In this document: positions 19,375 through 27,568 of the stretch, piece after piece
Numbering within the stretch: position 1 is the first letter of the stretch
Layout: the number at the start of each line of letters is the position of its first letter
From: Polyangiaceae bacterium
Lineage (GTDB): Bacteria; Myxococcota_A; Polyangia; Polyangiales; Polyangiaceae
Assembly (NCBI GenBank): GCA_050287085.1
Contig: JBNKBE010000032.1
Location: 1-50,281, forward strand
DNA length: 50,281 nt
Direction of reading: 5' to 3'
The notes under the pieces: generated by a model
The model's input: the letters and a program-made list of their open reading frames with translations, nothing else
Told to the model about the DNA's origin: nothing
Databases searched by the model: none
Program-made: the position numbers and the translations under genes

Positions 19375-20682
19375 TCAGCGTTCGTATTTTTCGCTCGGCA
19401 CTTCACGGGCGGGCCAGGGCGTCGCGTTGGGGGTTGTAACAATGGCGAATCCATCCTTGCCGAGCACCACGGTGGGAGACCCTTGTTTCGTACGTCGCCC
19501 AGTCTCGCTTTCGGTGTCAAACCTGAGTTGATAACGGGTCGCGAGCACTTGCAGCCAGGTCTCCAGCTGGGCCAGGGCGGCTTGCTTCGCAATCACCTCG
19601 GCGCTCGCGACGGTCGCCAGCGTACGACCGTGTTCTGTTTCGGTGATCGCGATGCGATCTTGCTGCCACTTGAGTACAATTTCGACGAAAGGCGAAGGGC
19701 CCTGCGCGCGACTTTGCACAAACAGTCGGGGCTGATGGCCGTCGTGCCCCGCGAGCACCCGCACGCCCTCCCCCCATCGAGTAGCGAGAGCGTCACTGAT
19801 GACGGCATAGGGGTATTGGGTCCAGAGCTCCAGCGGTGTAGTGCCTCGCAGGCCGGGCTGACGTTTCAACTCGATGTCCGCGTTGCCTGGGTCGCAGGGC
19901 TTGTCTATCAACGCCCCTTCGACGAGCAAGCTACCGACGAGGTCGTGTTCATCAGCTTGTAGATCGTAGTTCACGCTCTTGAGCCGAAGGCAGCGCTTAC
20001 CTCCAAACAAGCGCTCGCTGAGGCGTGCTTGCTCTCGTGCGATAGCCTGGCGCAAGGGGGGGGCTATCAGCTCGGCTGAGCGTGTTAGCTTGTGCTCCTG
20101 TTTATTTCGTTGCTCTTCACTTATTCGTCGCAGCGTTGGGCTCACGTCCAAGCCGAGCGGCTTGAGGCGACACCCCTGCGTTAGCTCGAGCTCCAACTGT
20201 GGGCGGGTTACCCAATTGTGGTGTTCGGGCCAGGGAAAGGTCGTGAGGCTGCGCCACTGAGGTCTGCAGCGCCCATATTCGATGCAGGCAGCGCCGAAGG
20301 GCTTGCACAACCGGAGCTTCCCTTTCAGCGTGGTACTGGCAAGCACTCCCTGGGCGTTGACATCCCAGGTAATCGGTCCTCGCACGATGCGATACCGCGC
20401 TCTGCCCGCTGGTCCCAACGCTGCTCTATGGGCTTCCGCCATCACCTTGGGCACGAGCGTATCGCTGTGCTCACTCAGTTTCACGCGTGCTATCTGGCCC
20501 TGGAGTGCCAGCCGCAACGGGGGTGCAACCAGGGGCGGCAGGGGGCTGAGTTCCGGGAGTCTCGGCTCACTCGTCCTTGCCCCGTGCGCGCAGCCGTATA
20601 GCAACAGCCAGAGCAGGAGCGGGACGACCCAAGACCGCGGCAGGATCCTTCCACGTTTCGGAAAGTGAGCCCAACGTCTCAT
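19375..20682 (-). CDS. Hypothetical lipoprotein, possibly DUF4403-like
   Basis: Hydrophobic stretch and lipobox LLLYGC, followed by a beta-rich body. Family assignment is weak; start uncertain (ORF opens at 20799). Confidence 0.55.
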   Translation of the reverse strand: MRRWAHFPKRGRILPRSWVVPLLLWLLLYGCAHGARTSEPRLPELSPLPPLVAPPLRLALQGQIARVKLSEHSDTLVPKVMAEAHRAALGPAGRARYRIVRGPITWDVNAQGVLASTTLKGKLRLCKPFGAACIEYGRCRPQWRSLTTFPWPEHHNWVTRPQLELELTQGCRLKPLGLDVSPTLRRISEEQRNKQEHKLTRSAELIAPPLRQAIAREQARLSERLFGGKRCLRLKSVNYDLQADEHDLVGSLLVEGALIDKPCDPGNADIELKRQPGLRGTTPLELWTQYPYAVISDALATRWGEGVRVLAGHDGHQPRLFVQSRAQGPSPFVEIVLKWQQDRIAITETEHGRTLATVASAEVIAKQAALAQLETWLQVLATRYQLRFDTESETGRRTKQGSPTVVLGKDGFAIVTTPNATPWPAREVPSEKYER

Positions 20683-20868
20683 TCTTGAGCAAGAGGGGGA
20701 ACCTGAATTCTCATCACGGGGGGAAGTCATGACGTGCGATCGCGAATAGCGCCTGAGGGTGGAGCGAGAACGAGAGGTGCGCTCCGGCAGTAGCAGCATA
20801 CAATCGCACTACCGTTTGACGAGTGTTTCACGAGTTGCAGCCACGGGCTTGCGAAACACGTCGACTGC

Positions 20869-22254
20869 ATGGCTGCAGGAGACGGCGTGGTGCTAGGCTG
20901 CAGGCCTATGCGCAAGGGCGGGCAAAGGGCGAGCATTCGCGGCGGGGCGTGGCGACAATTGCGGTATTGGGCGCTGCCGGGTGGGATTGTCCTGCTGTCC
21001 TGTGGTGGGGCGACTGATCTGGACCTTGAGCGAGGGGGCGTGTTCGTTGGGCCGTGCGCGGTGGAGCCGTGTTTCGGCGGCGCCCGCGGGGGGGACCTCC
21101 CCGAGACCAGCGCGGCTGGGCGTGCTTCCGATGCCGCAGCAGATTCGACTGGGGGTACTTCCGGAGGGTCGTCAGCGAGCGGCGGTCAGCCTACCCTACC
21201 TCAGGCGTCCGATGCCGGGAATGCCAGCGGCGGTCATCTCGAAGCGCCTGTCCCCACGAGTTCCGCGTGCACCGAGCAGCGTTATGTAGGAGAGGATCAG
21301 GTCGCGATCCGTTTGGAGCGGTTGCTGTGGCAAAGCTCGGGCGTAGAAACTATCACGGAATTGGCCTCGGGGGCTCTGTCGCTGCGTACGCCTGAGGACA
21401 TCTTTGAGCGCGCTCGCTTCATGCTGACGGACGAGCGCGCGCGAGCTGGGGTGGTCGCATTTGTTCGCAGTTGGCTCGGGTTAGACGAGCGCGAGCTCAA
21501 CCGGCCCGACATGGACGCGCACAACTTCACAGAGACGACACGTCAGACGATCGAAACCTTGATTTTCGAGAATCAGGAAACCGGGGCTAGCCTCTTCTCG
21601 AGCGATCAGGCTGTGCTCACCGAGCCGATGCTTTCGTTCTACGGTGGGGGCACCCCAGGGCTCCAGTCCATTGGACCTGAGCGGGTGCTCGGGCTTCTCA
21701 CTCAGGCGGAATGGCTCAATCGTCAACCTTCGCCAGCGTCTCGGGGGCAGACTATTCAGTGGCATGTGATGTGCCAAAGAATTCCGTCTGCCCCGCCGGG
21801 TGTGGAGCTCAGTCTAGACTATCCGGAAAGCAAGACGCGGCGACAAGCGTATCTCGATAGCGTGAGCTCCGATCCGGTCTGTGCTACGTGCCACACGTAC
21901 ATAGCTCCGACAGGTCTCTTGCTCGAAGGATTCGATGAGCTCGGGCAATGGCGTACGGAAGACCATGGCCAGCCCATTGACGACAGCGGGGGGTTGCCTC
22001 CGGGGGACCTGGTGTTTGAAGGCCCACAGGGGCTCCGGGAGGCCCTCCTCATGCCGGAGAATATGGCGACCGCGACGCGCTGTGCGGGGGCCAACGTTGT
22101 GGCATATGCATCTGCGTTGGCTGCGGCAGCCCCTTCCTGGCTTCTGGATGAGTGCGTTTTGGAGACAGCCAAGGAGTTGCCCCCCCTACACGGCATGCCC
22201 TTTCTCGATTGGCTGGCGGCCGTAGCGGCCCATCCTCTATTTCTCCTGGACTAG
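20869..22254 (+). CDS. DUF1592/DUF1588-domain lipoprotein with a CxxCH motif
   Basis: Lipobox LLSC, low-complexity linker, RLERLLWQS...FVRSWLGL (DUF1592-like), GLLTQ..SPASRG...C..IPSAPP...CATCH...FDELGQWR (DUF1588-like). Confidence 0.8.
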   Translation: MAAGDGVVLGCRPMRKGGQRASIRGGAWRQLRYWALPGGIVLLSCGGATDLDLERGGVFVGPCAVEPCFGGARGGDLPETSAAGRASDAAADSTGGTSGGSSASGGQPTLPQASDAGNASGGHLEAPVPTSSACTEQRYVGEDQVAIRLERLLWQSSGVETITELASGALSLRTPEDIFERARFMLTDERARAGVVAFVRSWLGLDERELNRPDMDAHNFTETTRQTIETLIFENQETGASLFSSDQAVLTEPMLSFYGGGTPGLQSIGPERVLGLLTQAEWLNRQPSPASRGQTIQWHVMCQRIPSAPPGVELSLDYPESKTRRQAYLDSVSSDPVCATCHTYIAPTGLLLEGFDELGQWRTEDHGQPIDDSGGLPPGDLVFEGPQGLREALLMPENMATATRCAGANVVAYASALAAAAPSWLLDECVLETAKELPPLHGMPFLDWLAAVAAHPLFLLD

Positions 22255-22285
22255 CAGGCCATCTGAGTCAGAGCGGTGGTGGGGC

Positions 22286-22819
22286 TCATAGAACCGGCAG
22301 ATGGCGAGGGCCCGTCTGTGCTACCACGCCGCGGAGCGATTGCAGAAAGCTGCCAACCCGCTGACTGATGTCGCTGTGCTCGCGTTCGTTCAACGTCGCG
22401 GCAGAAAACGGAGCGCTCAGCTCAGACTCCAGCTGCTTTCGCTCCTCCTCTTGCTCTGGCGAGAGCTGCAGCTGTGCGGCCGTCGTCAGCAGCTGGCGCA
22501 ATTCTTGGACGTCGCGCAAGACGCGAAAAGCGCTCAGGGCGATGGGTAAGAGCGCGGGCTGCTCCAACCAGGAGCGACCCTCCAACACCTCCGAGGCTAC
22601 CCGCGCTCCGGCTCCAAGACATTCGTAGCGAGTGCAGCCGCTCAGTCCTTCGCGCGCAAGCGTCGCGTGAATGCGACACCGCGCCCCGTCCGTGAGGTGG
22701 CGGCAACGCTCTCCGGCGGCCTTATCAAAGGCAAAGTGCGGCCCCGCATCAAATGCCAGCGCAACGCAGCACAAGCCTTGGCATTGGGCACAGTTGGATT
22801 CGAAGGGGGCTTCGGGCAT
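22286..22819 (-). CDS. Small Cys-rich putative metal-binding protein (CxxCxxxCC...C...C...CxxxxC)
   Basis: CAQCQGLCCVALAF...DKAAGERCRHL...CRIH...GCTRYECLGAG. Resembles the N-terminal domain of YisX-like pentapeptide-repeat proteins but has no repeats. Start taken at ATG 22819. Confidence 0.75.
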   Translation of the reverse strand: MPEAPFESNCAQCQGLCCVALAFDAGPHFAFDKAAGERCRHLTDGARCRIHATLAREGLSGCTRYECLGAGARVASEVLEGRSWLEQPALLPIALSAFRVLRDVQELRQLLTTAAQLQLSPEQEEERKQLESELSAPFSAATLNEREHSDISQRVGSFLQSLRGVVAQTGPRHLPVL

Positions 22820-22896
22820 GAGCCCGTAGCATCTCGCAGCGCTTCGAAGACGGCAAGGCCGGCAAGCGGATACGGCCGAGGGGTAGCTTCCGAAGG

Positions 22897-23520
22897 CTAT
22901 AAGTGACGCAACTCCGAGGCCAAGTGTTCCAGATCGCCAACGACGTCGGCCTCCACCATGTCGAGTGCGGCGCGCGGCATCGTTGCGACCTCGGCTGTTT
23001 CGGGCGCTTGCACCATGACAGCTCCGCCCCAACGCTTGATACACCGACAGCCGTACGCGCCGTCCGCGTTGGCGCCGGTAAGCAAGGCTCCTACCAAACG
23101 ACCTCGCGTCGCGATCGCGGCGCTTTCGAATAACACGTCAATCGAGGGGCGCGAGAATAGTACCGGCTCTTCCTGAGACAACGCGAGTTGGTAGTGGGCG
23201 TGAGGTGCGAGAAAGCGGAACGAGCCTGCGGTCTGCGGGGGGCGGGCATGGCCGTCGGAGCGGTCGATGCCCAGGTGGTAGTCTGGGGGCGCGACGTAGA
23301 CCGTCCCTGGGATCATCCGCGCCTTGTCCATCGCTTGGCATACCCGGAGCTCCGTCTGGTTTTGCAGGAGCTTGGCCAATACGGAACGTCGACCTGGCAT
23401 CAGATGCTGTACCAAGGCAACGGGTAGGCCAAAGCTCTCCGGGAGCAAGGCTAGCAGTTTGGAGAGTGCGTTCAAACCACCCGCCGAAGCGCCCAGCACC
23501 ACCATCTCAGGGGCTGCCAT
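22897..23520 (-). CDS. cheB: Stand-alone CheB-type methylesterase (no REC domain)
   Basis: Catalytic triad motifs GASAGG, VQHL, LTGANADGA; RPSIDVLFES. ATG 23520 overlaps the cheR stop. Confidence 0.9.
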   Translation of the reverse strand: MAAPEMVVLGASAGGLNALSKLLALLPESFGLPVALVQHLMPGRRSVLAKLLQNQTELRVCQAMDKARMIPGTVYVAPPDYHLGIDRSDGHARPPQTAGSFRFLAPHAHYQLALSQEEPVLFSRPSIDVLFESAAIATRGRLVGALLTGANADGAYGCRCIKRWGGAVMVQAPETAEVATMPRAALDMVEADVVGDLEHLASELRHL

Positions 23521-24358
23521 CGGCCTCCGGACGGCACTTGCGATACAGCCGCGTGCTAGCATTGACACATTGGAATTGCTTGCGCAGCCAAGCACCCGGA
23601 AGGTTTTCGCGCAGCCCGAGCCATAGGTAACCGCCGGTCTCCAGTGCGTCGTAGAATAGTCCGAACGCGCGCTCCTGAAGCTGCCGGTCGAAGTAGATAA
23701 GGACGTTGCGACAGCATATGAGCTGGAACGTGCCGAAGTTGTTGTCGGTTGCCAGGTTGTGGTCGGAAAAAAGCGCTCGCGCTCGGCAATGGCTGTTGAT
23801 TAGAGCCGCGCCATAGTTTTCAGAAAAGTGGTCGCGCAGTCTTCCTGGCAGACCTAACTCGGCGAAGCGCGTGCTGGCCGCGTCGATCTGGGTGGCGTCG
23901 TAGACACCCTCGCGTGCCGTTGCAAGGGCTACGGGGTTGATATCGGTGCCATACAGACGGCCCCGGTCCAATATCCCCGTAGTCCGCAGCAGGATGGCGA
24001 GCGAGTACAGCTCTTCTCCAGAGGCGCAGCCCGCATGCCAGATCTTGAACTGAGCGAAGGTCTGCAGGTAGGGCACGACCTCTTGCGCTATCGATGCATA
24101 CGCCTCAGCATCTCTGAAGAACTCCGTGACGGAGATACTGAAGATGCCGAGGAACTCGGTGAAGGCGTCCGGCTGGTGTAGCAGAATGTGCTGGAGTTGG
24201 CTAAGTGTTCGGCAGCCAAGGTGGGAGGCGACGAGCCTCAGGCGGCGCAGCTGCGAGCTCGCTGAGTAGTTTCGGAAGTCGTATCCGAATGCCTTGTGGA
24301 TTACATTGATGAGAGCATCTGCCTCGATCAGTTCCACGGGTCCTAGCGGCTCATCCAT
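23507..24358 (-). CDS. cheR: CheR-type protein-glutamate methyltransferase
   Basis: GYDFRNY, SVTEFFRD, IWHAGCASGEELYS, GTDIN, HNL, ICCRNVLIYF, GGYLWLG. Confidence 0.93.
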   Translation of the reverse strand: MDEPLGPVELIEADALINVIHKAFGYDFRNYSASSQLRRLRLVASHLGCRTLSQLQHILLHQPDAFTEFLGIFSISVTEFFRDAEAYASIAQEVVPYLQTFAQFKIWHAGCASGEELYSLAILLRTTGILDRGRLYGTDINPVALATAREGVYDATQIDAASTRFAELGLPGRLRDHFSENYGAALINSHCRARALFSDHNLATDNNFGTFQLICCRNVLIYFDRQLQERAFGLFYDALETGGYLWLGLRENLPGAWLRKQFQCVNASTRLYRKCRPEADGSP

Positions 24359-27300
24359 ACGCGCATTAGCCCCAGCAGCTCGTCGTTGCGAATTGGTTTG
24401 CTCAAGTAGTCATTGGCACCTGCATCGAGACACAACTTGCGATCTCCCATCATCGCTTTCGCGGTCAGCGCAATAATGGGAACATCGACACCCTCAGAAC
24501 GGGCTCGAATTCGGCGAATCGTTTCATAGCCATCCATCTCTGGCATCATGATGTCCATGAGAATGCAGTCGAAAGGCGCCTCACGTTCGAACTTCGATAG
24601 AGCCGTCTTTCCCGATTCTGCGGTTTCTATCTTCATTCCGGTACTACCCAGTAGGGCACGCAGCGCGAAAACGTTCCTCACGTCGTCGTCGACGACCAGA
24701 ACTCGCTTGTTGGCGAACAGCTCGTCCCGATGCCGTATCGGCTTCGTGGCGAGACGCGGCTTACTGCTGTGCAGAAGCAAGCGCAATTCGTCGACCAAAC
24801 GCTCGCTGGCGCGGGCTCCCTTGATCACAATCGCGTGCGAATGGCCCTGGAGCTGAGCTTCCTCTTCCGGGGTCAAGTCCTTTCCGGTGTGGACGATGAT
24901 CGGCGGCGTTTCTCCAGGAAGTGTCTCGAGAGCGCGCAGCAGTTCGAAACCGGAGCCCCCTGCGAGCTTCAGGTCTAAGATGATGCAACGAAACGTCTGC
25001 TCACGGCACCGTTCCAGAGCTTCGCCCGGGCTGCTGGCAGTCACGACGGTGAGAGCCCGAGTGCTCAGCAACTTGGAGAGGGCGAGCTGTGTGGTCTTGT
25101 CGTCTTCCACCAGCAGCAGCGTGTCGGGGCCCTTGACCGCGGTGATTGCGGGCCCGGGAGCGACGCTTTCCCGGATCGGACTGGGAGGCGTCGGGTTCGG
25201 CTCTGCTTGCGTCCCGAAGTCGTACCTGACGGGCACTACCAGCGTGAAGGTGCTGCCTTTCCCTTCCTCACTCTTGAGATGGATCTCGCCGCCAAGCTGC
25301 TCTGCCAGACTGCTGGAAATCGACAAGCCGAGGCCGGTGCCTCCGAACCTCCGACTCAGCGTGTTGTCCGCCTGCTGAAACGCTTGAAATATGAGCTCGT
25401 GCTTGTCAGCCGGGACGCCGACGCCAGTGTCGGAAACTTCGAAAAGAAGTGCGTCTCCTGGCATAACATCGGGGCGTTTCGTTGGGAATTCGGGAGTCAA
25501 GTTGCTGACTCGCAGCGTGATGGCGCCGTGCTCCGTGAACTTGTTGGCATTGGACAGCAAGTTGCGGAGGATTTGCTGCAAGCGCTGACCATCGGTATAG
25601 AGCGTGCCGGGGAGATCGGCTGCGAATACGCAGTCGAAGTGCAGTCCTCTTGCGGCAATGATGGGCGCAAAAGTCTGACGAAGGTTCTCCAAAATGTCGG
25701 AAAGGACGACCTCGTGGGGAGCGAAGCGCAACTTTCCGGCCTCGATCTTGGAGAGGTCGAGGATATCGTTGATGAGGTTGAGCAGATCTTCCCCAGAGCC
25801 GGCGATGACGCGTAGCGAATCCACCTGGTCTTGCTCCAGGCTGCCGCTGCGATTCTCGGCTAATACCTTGGCTAGCACCAGAATGCTGTTGAGTGGTGTC
25901 CGCAATTCGTGGGACATGTTCGCCAGAAATTCTGACTTGTAGCGGCCGGCTTTTTGCAGTGCTTCCGCCTTCTCTTCGACCTCGCGCTGCGAGCGTTCGA
26001 GATCGGTATTGGTCATTTCCAGACGTGCCTTCTGCTCAGCCAGCAGTTCGTTGGTCGTCTCCATCTCTTGCTGTTGCGCTTGGAGTTCTTGGGCTCGTTG
26101 GTCGAGCTGTTCGTTTGCGACCTGCAATTCCTCCATCTGTGCCTGCGACTGAGCAAGCAGTCGTTGGATTCGCTGCGAGTCGCGCAGTGTGCCAAGAATG
26201 GCGGCTACGGCTGACGGCGACGTGCGGAGATAGCGAAGCACGCGCCTCTCGGGGGGGGCCTGATAGGCGAGCTCCAAGGCTCCGACAACTTCTTCATTGT
26301 GAAGCAGCGGGATCAGCGCGAGCGCCGCCGGGACCACGGTGCCAAACGAGCTCGCAATCGAGAACTGCTTGGTGACAACGTCGACGAGCCGAACTTCTCG
26401 GTCTTGGACGGCCTGTCCAAGCAGCCCTTCACCAGCGCGAATGCGGGCGGGCAGCAGGTCCGCGGCAGGGGCGGAATTGCGGGCAACCAGTCTCAACAAC
26501 TTGGGGTCGCTGTCTTCGCTCAGATATCCGACGGCCGCAATGGCGCCGGTTTGGCGCGACAGGGCATCGACCAGCGCTTGGCACGCGCTTATCAGAGTTG
26601 GAGCTTCACGTAGTACTTGGTTGAGTTCGAGCTGGTGCTTGGCGAGCCAAGTGGTTTCCTCGAGCTCGGCATTGGCGACCCGCAGAGCGTCTTCTTTTTC
26701 GCGGAGCGCCGAAATGTCCCGCAGGATGCCGGTGAAGTACTGTTCGCCATCAACTTCGAATTGGCTTACGGATAGCCAAGCGGGAAAGGTGCTTCCGTCC
26801 TTGCGCTGAGCGCGAACTTCGCGGCCTATTCCGATAATATGGCGTTCACCTGTGAGTAGTGTGTGGGCCAGGTACTCATCGTGATGTACCGCCACCGTGG
26901 AAGGCATCAGGCGTTTGACATTTTGCCCGAGGACTTCGGGCCGCGTGAAGCCAAAGAGCTTTTCTGCGGCGCCGTTGAAGGATTGAATGATGCCAACCGC
27001 GTCGATTGTTAGGATGCCATCGGCCGCGGTGTCGAGCACCGCTTCGTTGCGCAATCGGACGGCTTCGACCTCGCTACGCACCCGAACCAGTTCGCGAATG
27101 TCGCGGCACAACCCAACAAATACGCGACGCGAACCCACCTGCGCTTCGCTTAGCGAGAGGTGGATGGGGATCAACACCCCCGACTTGTGCAGCGCCTTGA
27201 CCTCGCGTCCTGAGCCGATGATCTTGCGTTGCCCCGTGCTCAGGTAGTTGCCGATATAGCCGTCGTGTGCTTCACGGTCCGGTGACGGCATGAGCATCCT

Positions 27301-27453
27301 GACGTTTTTTCCCACGACCTCGTCAGAGGTGTAGCCCAGCAGCTTTTCTGCGGCTGGGTTGAAGCTCTCAACGATACCCTCTTCTGTGATGGCGATGATA
27401 CCGTCGATCGCCGTCGCGAAGATCCCCTCAAAAAGACCATCTCGCTCTGTCAC
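24343..27453 (-). CDS. Soluble hybrid histidine kinase PAS-PAS-GAF-coiled coil-HisKA-HATPase-REC-REC with FixL-type heme-PAS motifs
   Basis: Both PAS domains carry NV..LMP.....HD.Y......TG...IIG.GREV. H-box [14 protein letters not shown]; two C-terminal REC domains; no TM segment. Confidence 0.93.
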   Translation of the reverse strand: MTERDGLFEGIFATAIDGIIAITEEGIVESFNPAAEKLLGYTSDEVVGKNVRMLMPSPDREAHDGYIGNYLSTGQRKIIGSGREVKALHKSGVLIPIHLSLSEAQVGSRRVFVGLCRDIRELVRVRSEVEAVRLRNEAVLDTAADGILTIDAVGIIQSFNGAAEKLFGFTRPEVLGQNVKRLMPSTVAVHHDEYLAHTLLTGERHIIGIGREVRAQRKDGSTFPAWLSVSQFEVDGEQYFTGILRDISALREKEDALRVANAELEETTWLAKHQLELNQVLREAPTLISACQALVDALSRQTGAIAAVGYLSEDSDPKLLRLVARNSAPAADLLPARIRAGEGLLGQAVQDREVRLVDVVTKQFSIASSFGTVVPAALALIPLLHNEEVVGALELAYQAPPERRVLRYLRTSPSAVAAILGTLRDSQRIQRLLAQSQAQMEELQVANEQLDQRAQELQAQQQEMETTNELLAEQKARLEMTNTDLERSQREVEEKAEALQKAGRYKSEFLANMSHELRTPLNSILVLAKVLAENRSGSLEQDQVDSLRVIAGSGEDLLNLINDILDLSKIEAGKLRFAPHEVVLSDILENLRQTFAPIIAARGLHFDCVFAADLPGTLYTDGQRLQQILRNLLSNANKFTEHGAITLRVSNLTPEFPTKRPDVMPGDALLFEVSDTGVGVPADKHELIFQAFQQADNTLSRRFGGTGLGLSISSSLAEQLGGEIHLKSEEGKGSTFTLVVPVRYDFGTQAEPNPTPPSPIRESVAPGPAITAVKGPDTLLLVEDDKTTQLALSKLLSTRALTVVTASSPGEALERCREQTFRCIILDLKLAGGSGFELLRALETLPGETPPIIVHTGKDLTPEEEAQLQGHSHAIVIKGARASERLVDELRLLLHSSKPRLATKPIRHRDELFANKRVLVVDDDVRNVFALRALLGSTGMKIETAESGKTALSKFEREAPFDCILMDIMMPEMDGYETIRRIRARSEGVDVPIIALTAKAMMGDRKLCLDAGANDYLSKPIRNDELLGLMRVWMSR

Positions 27454-27568
27454 CCGCGCCTCCTTGCGCGGACGTGGCAGTCGTCCGCGCGAGGACTAAC
27501 TTACTCAACCCCAGATGCTGCTGTCTCGGTCGATACGTCGGTCGCCGTGCCAGGCGGAGCTTTTTCTT

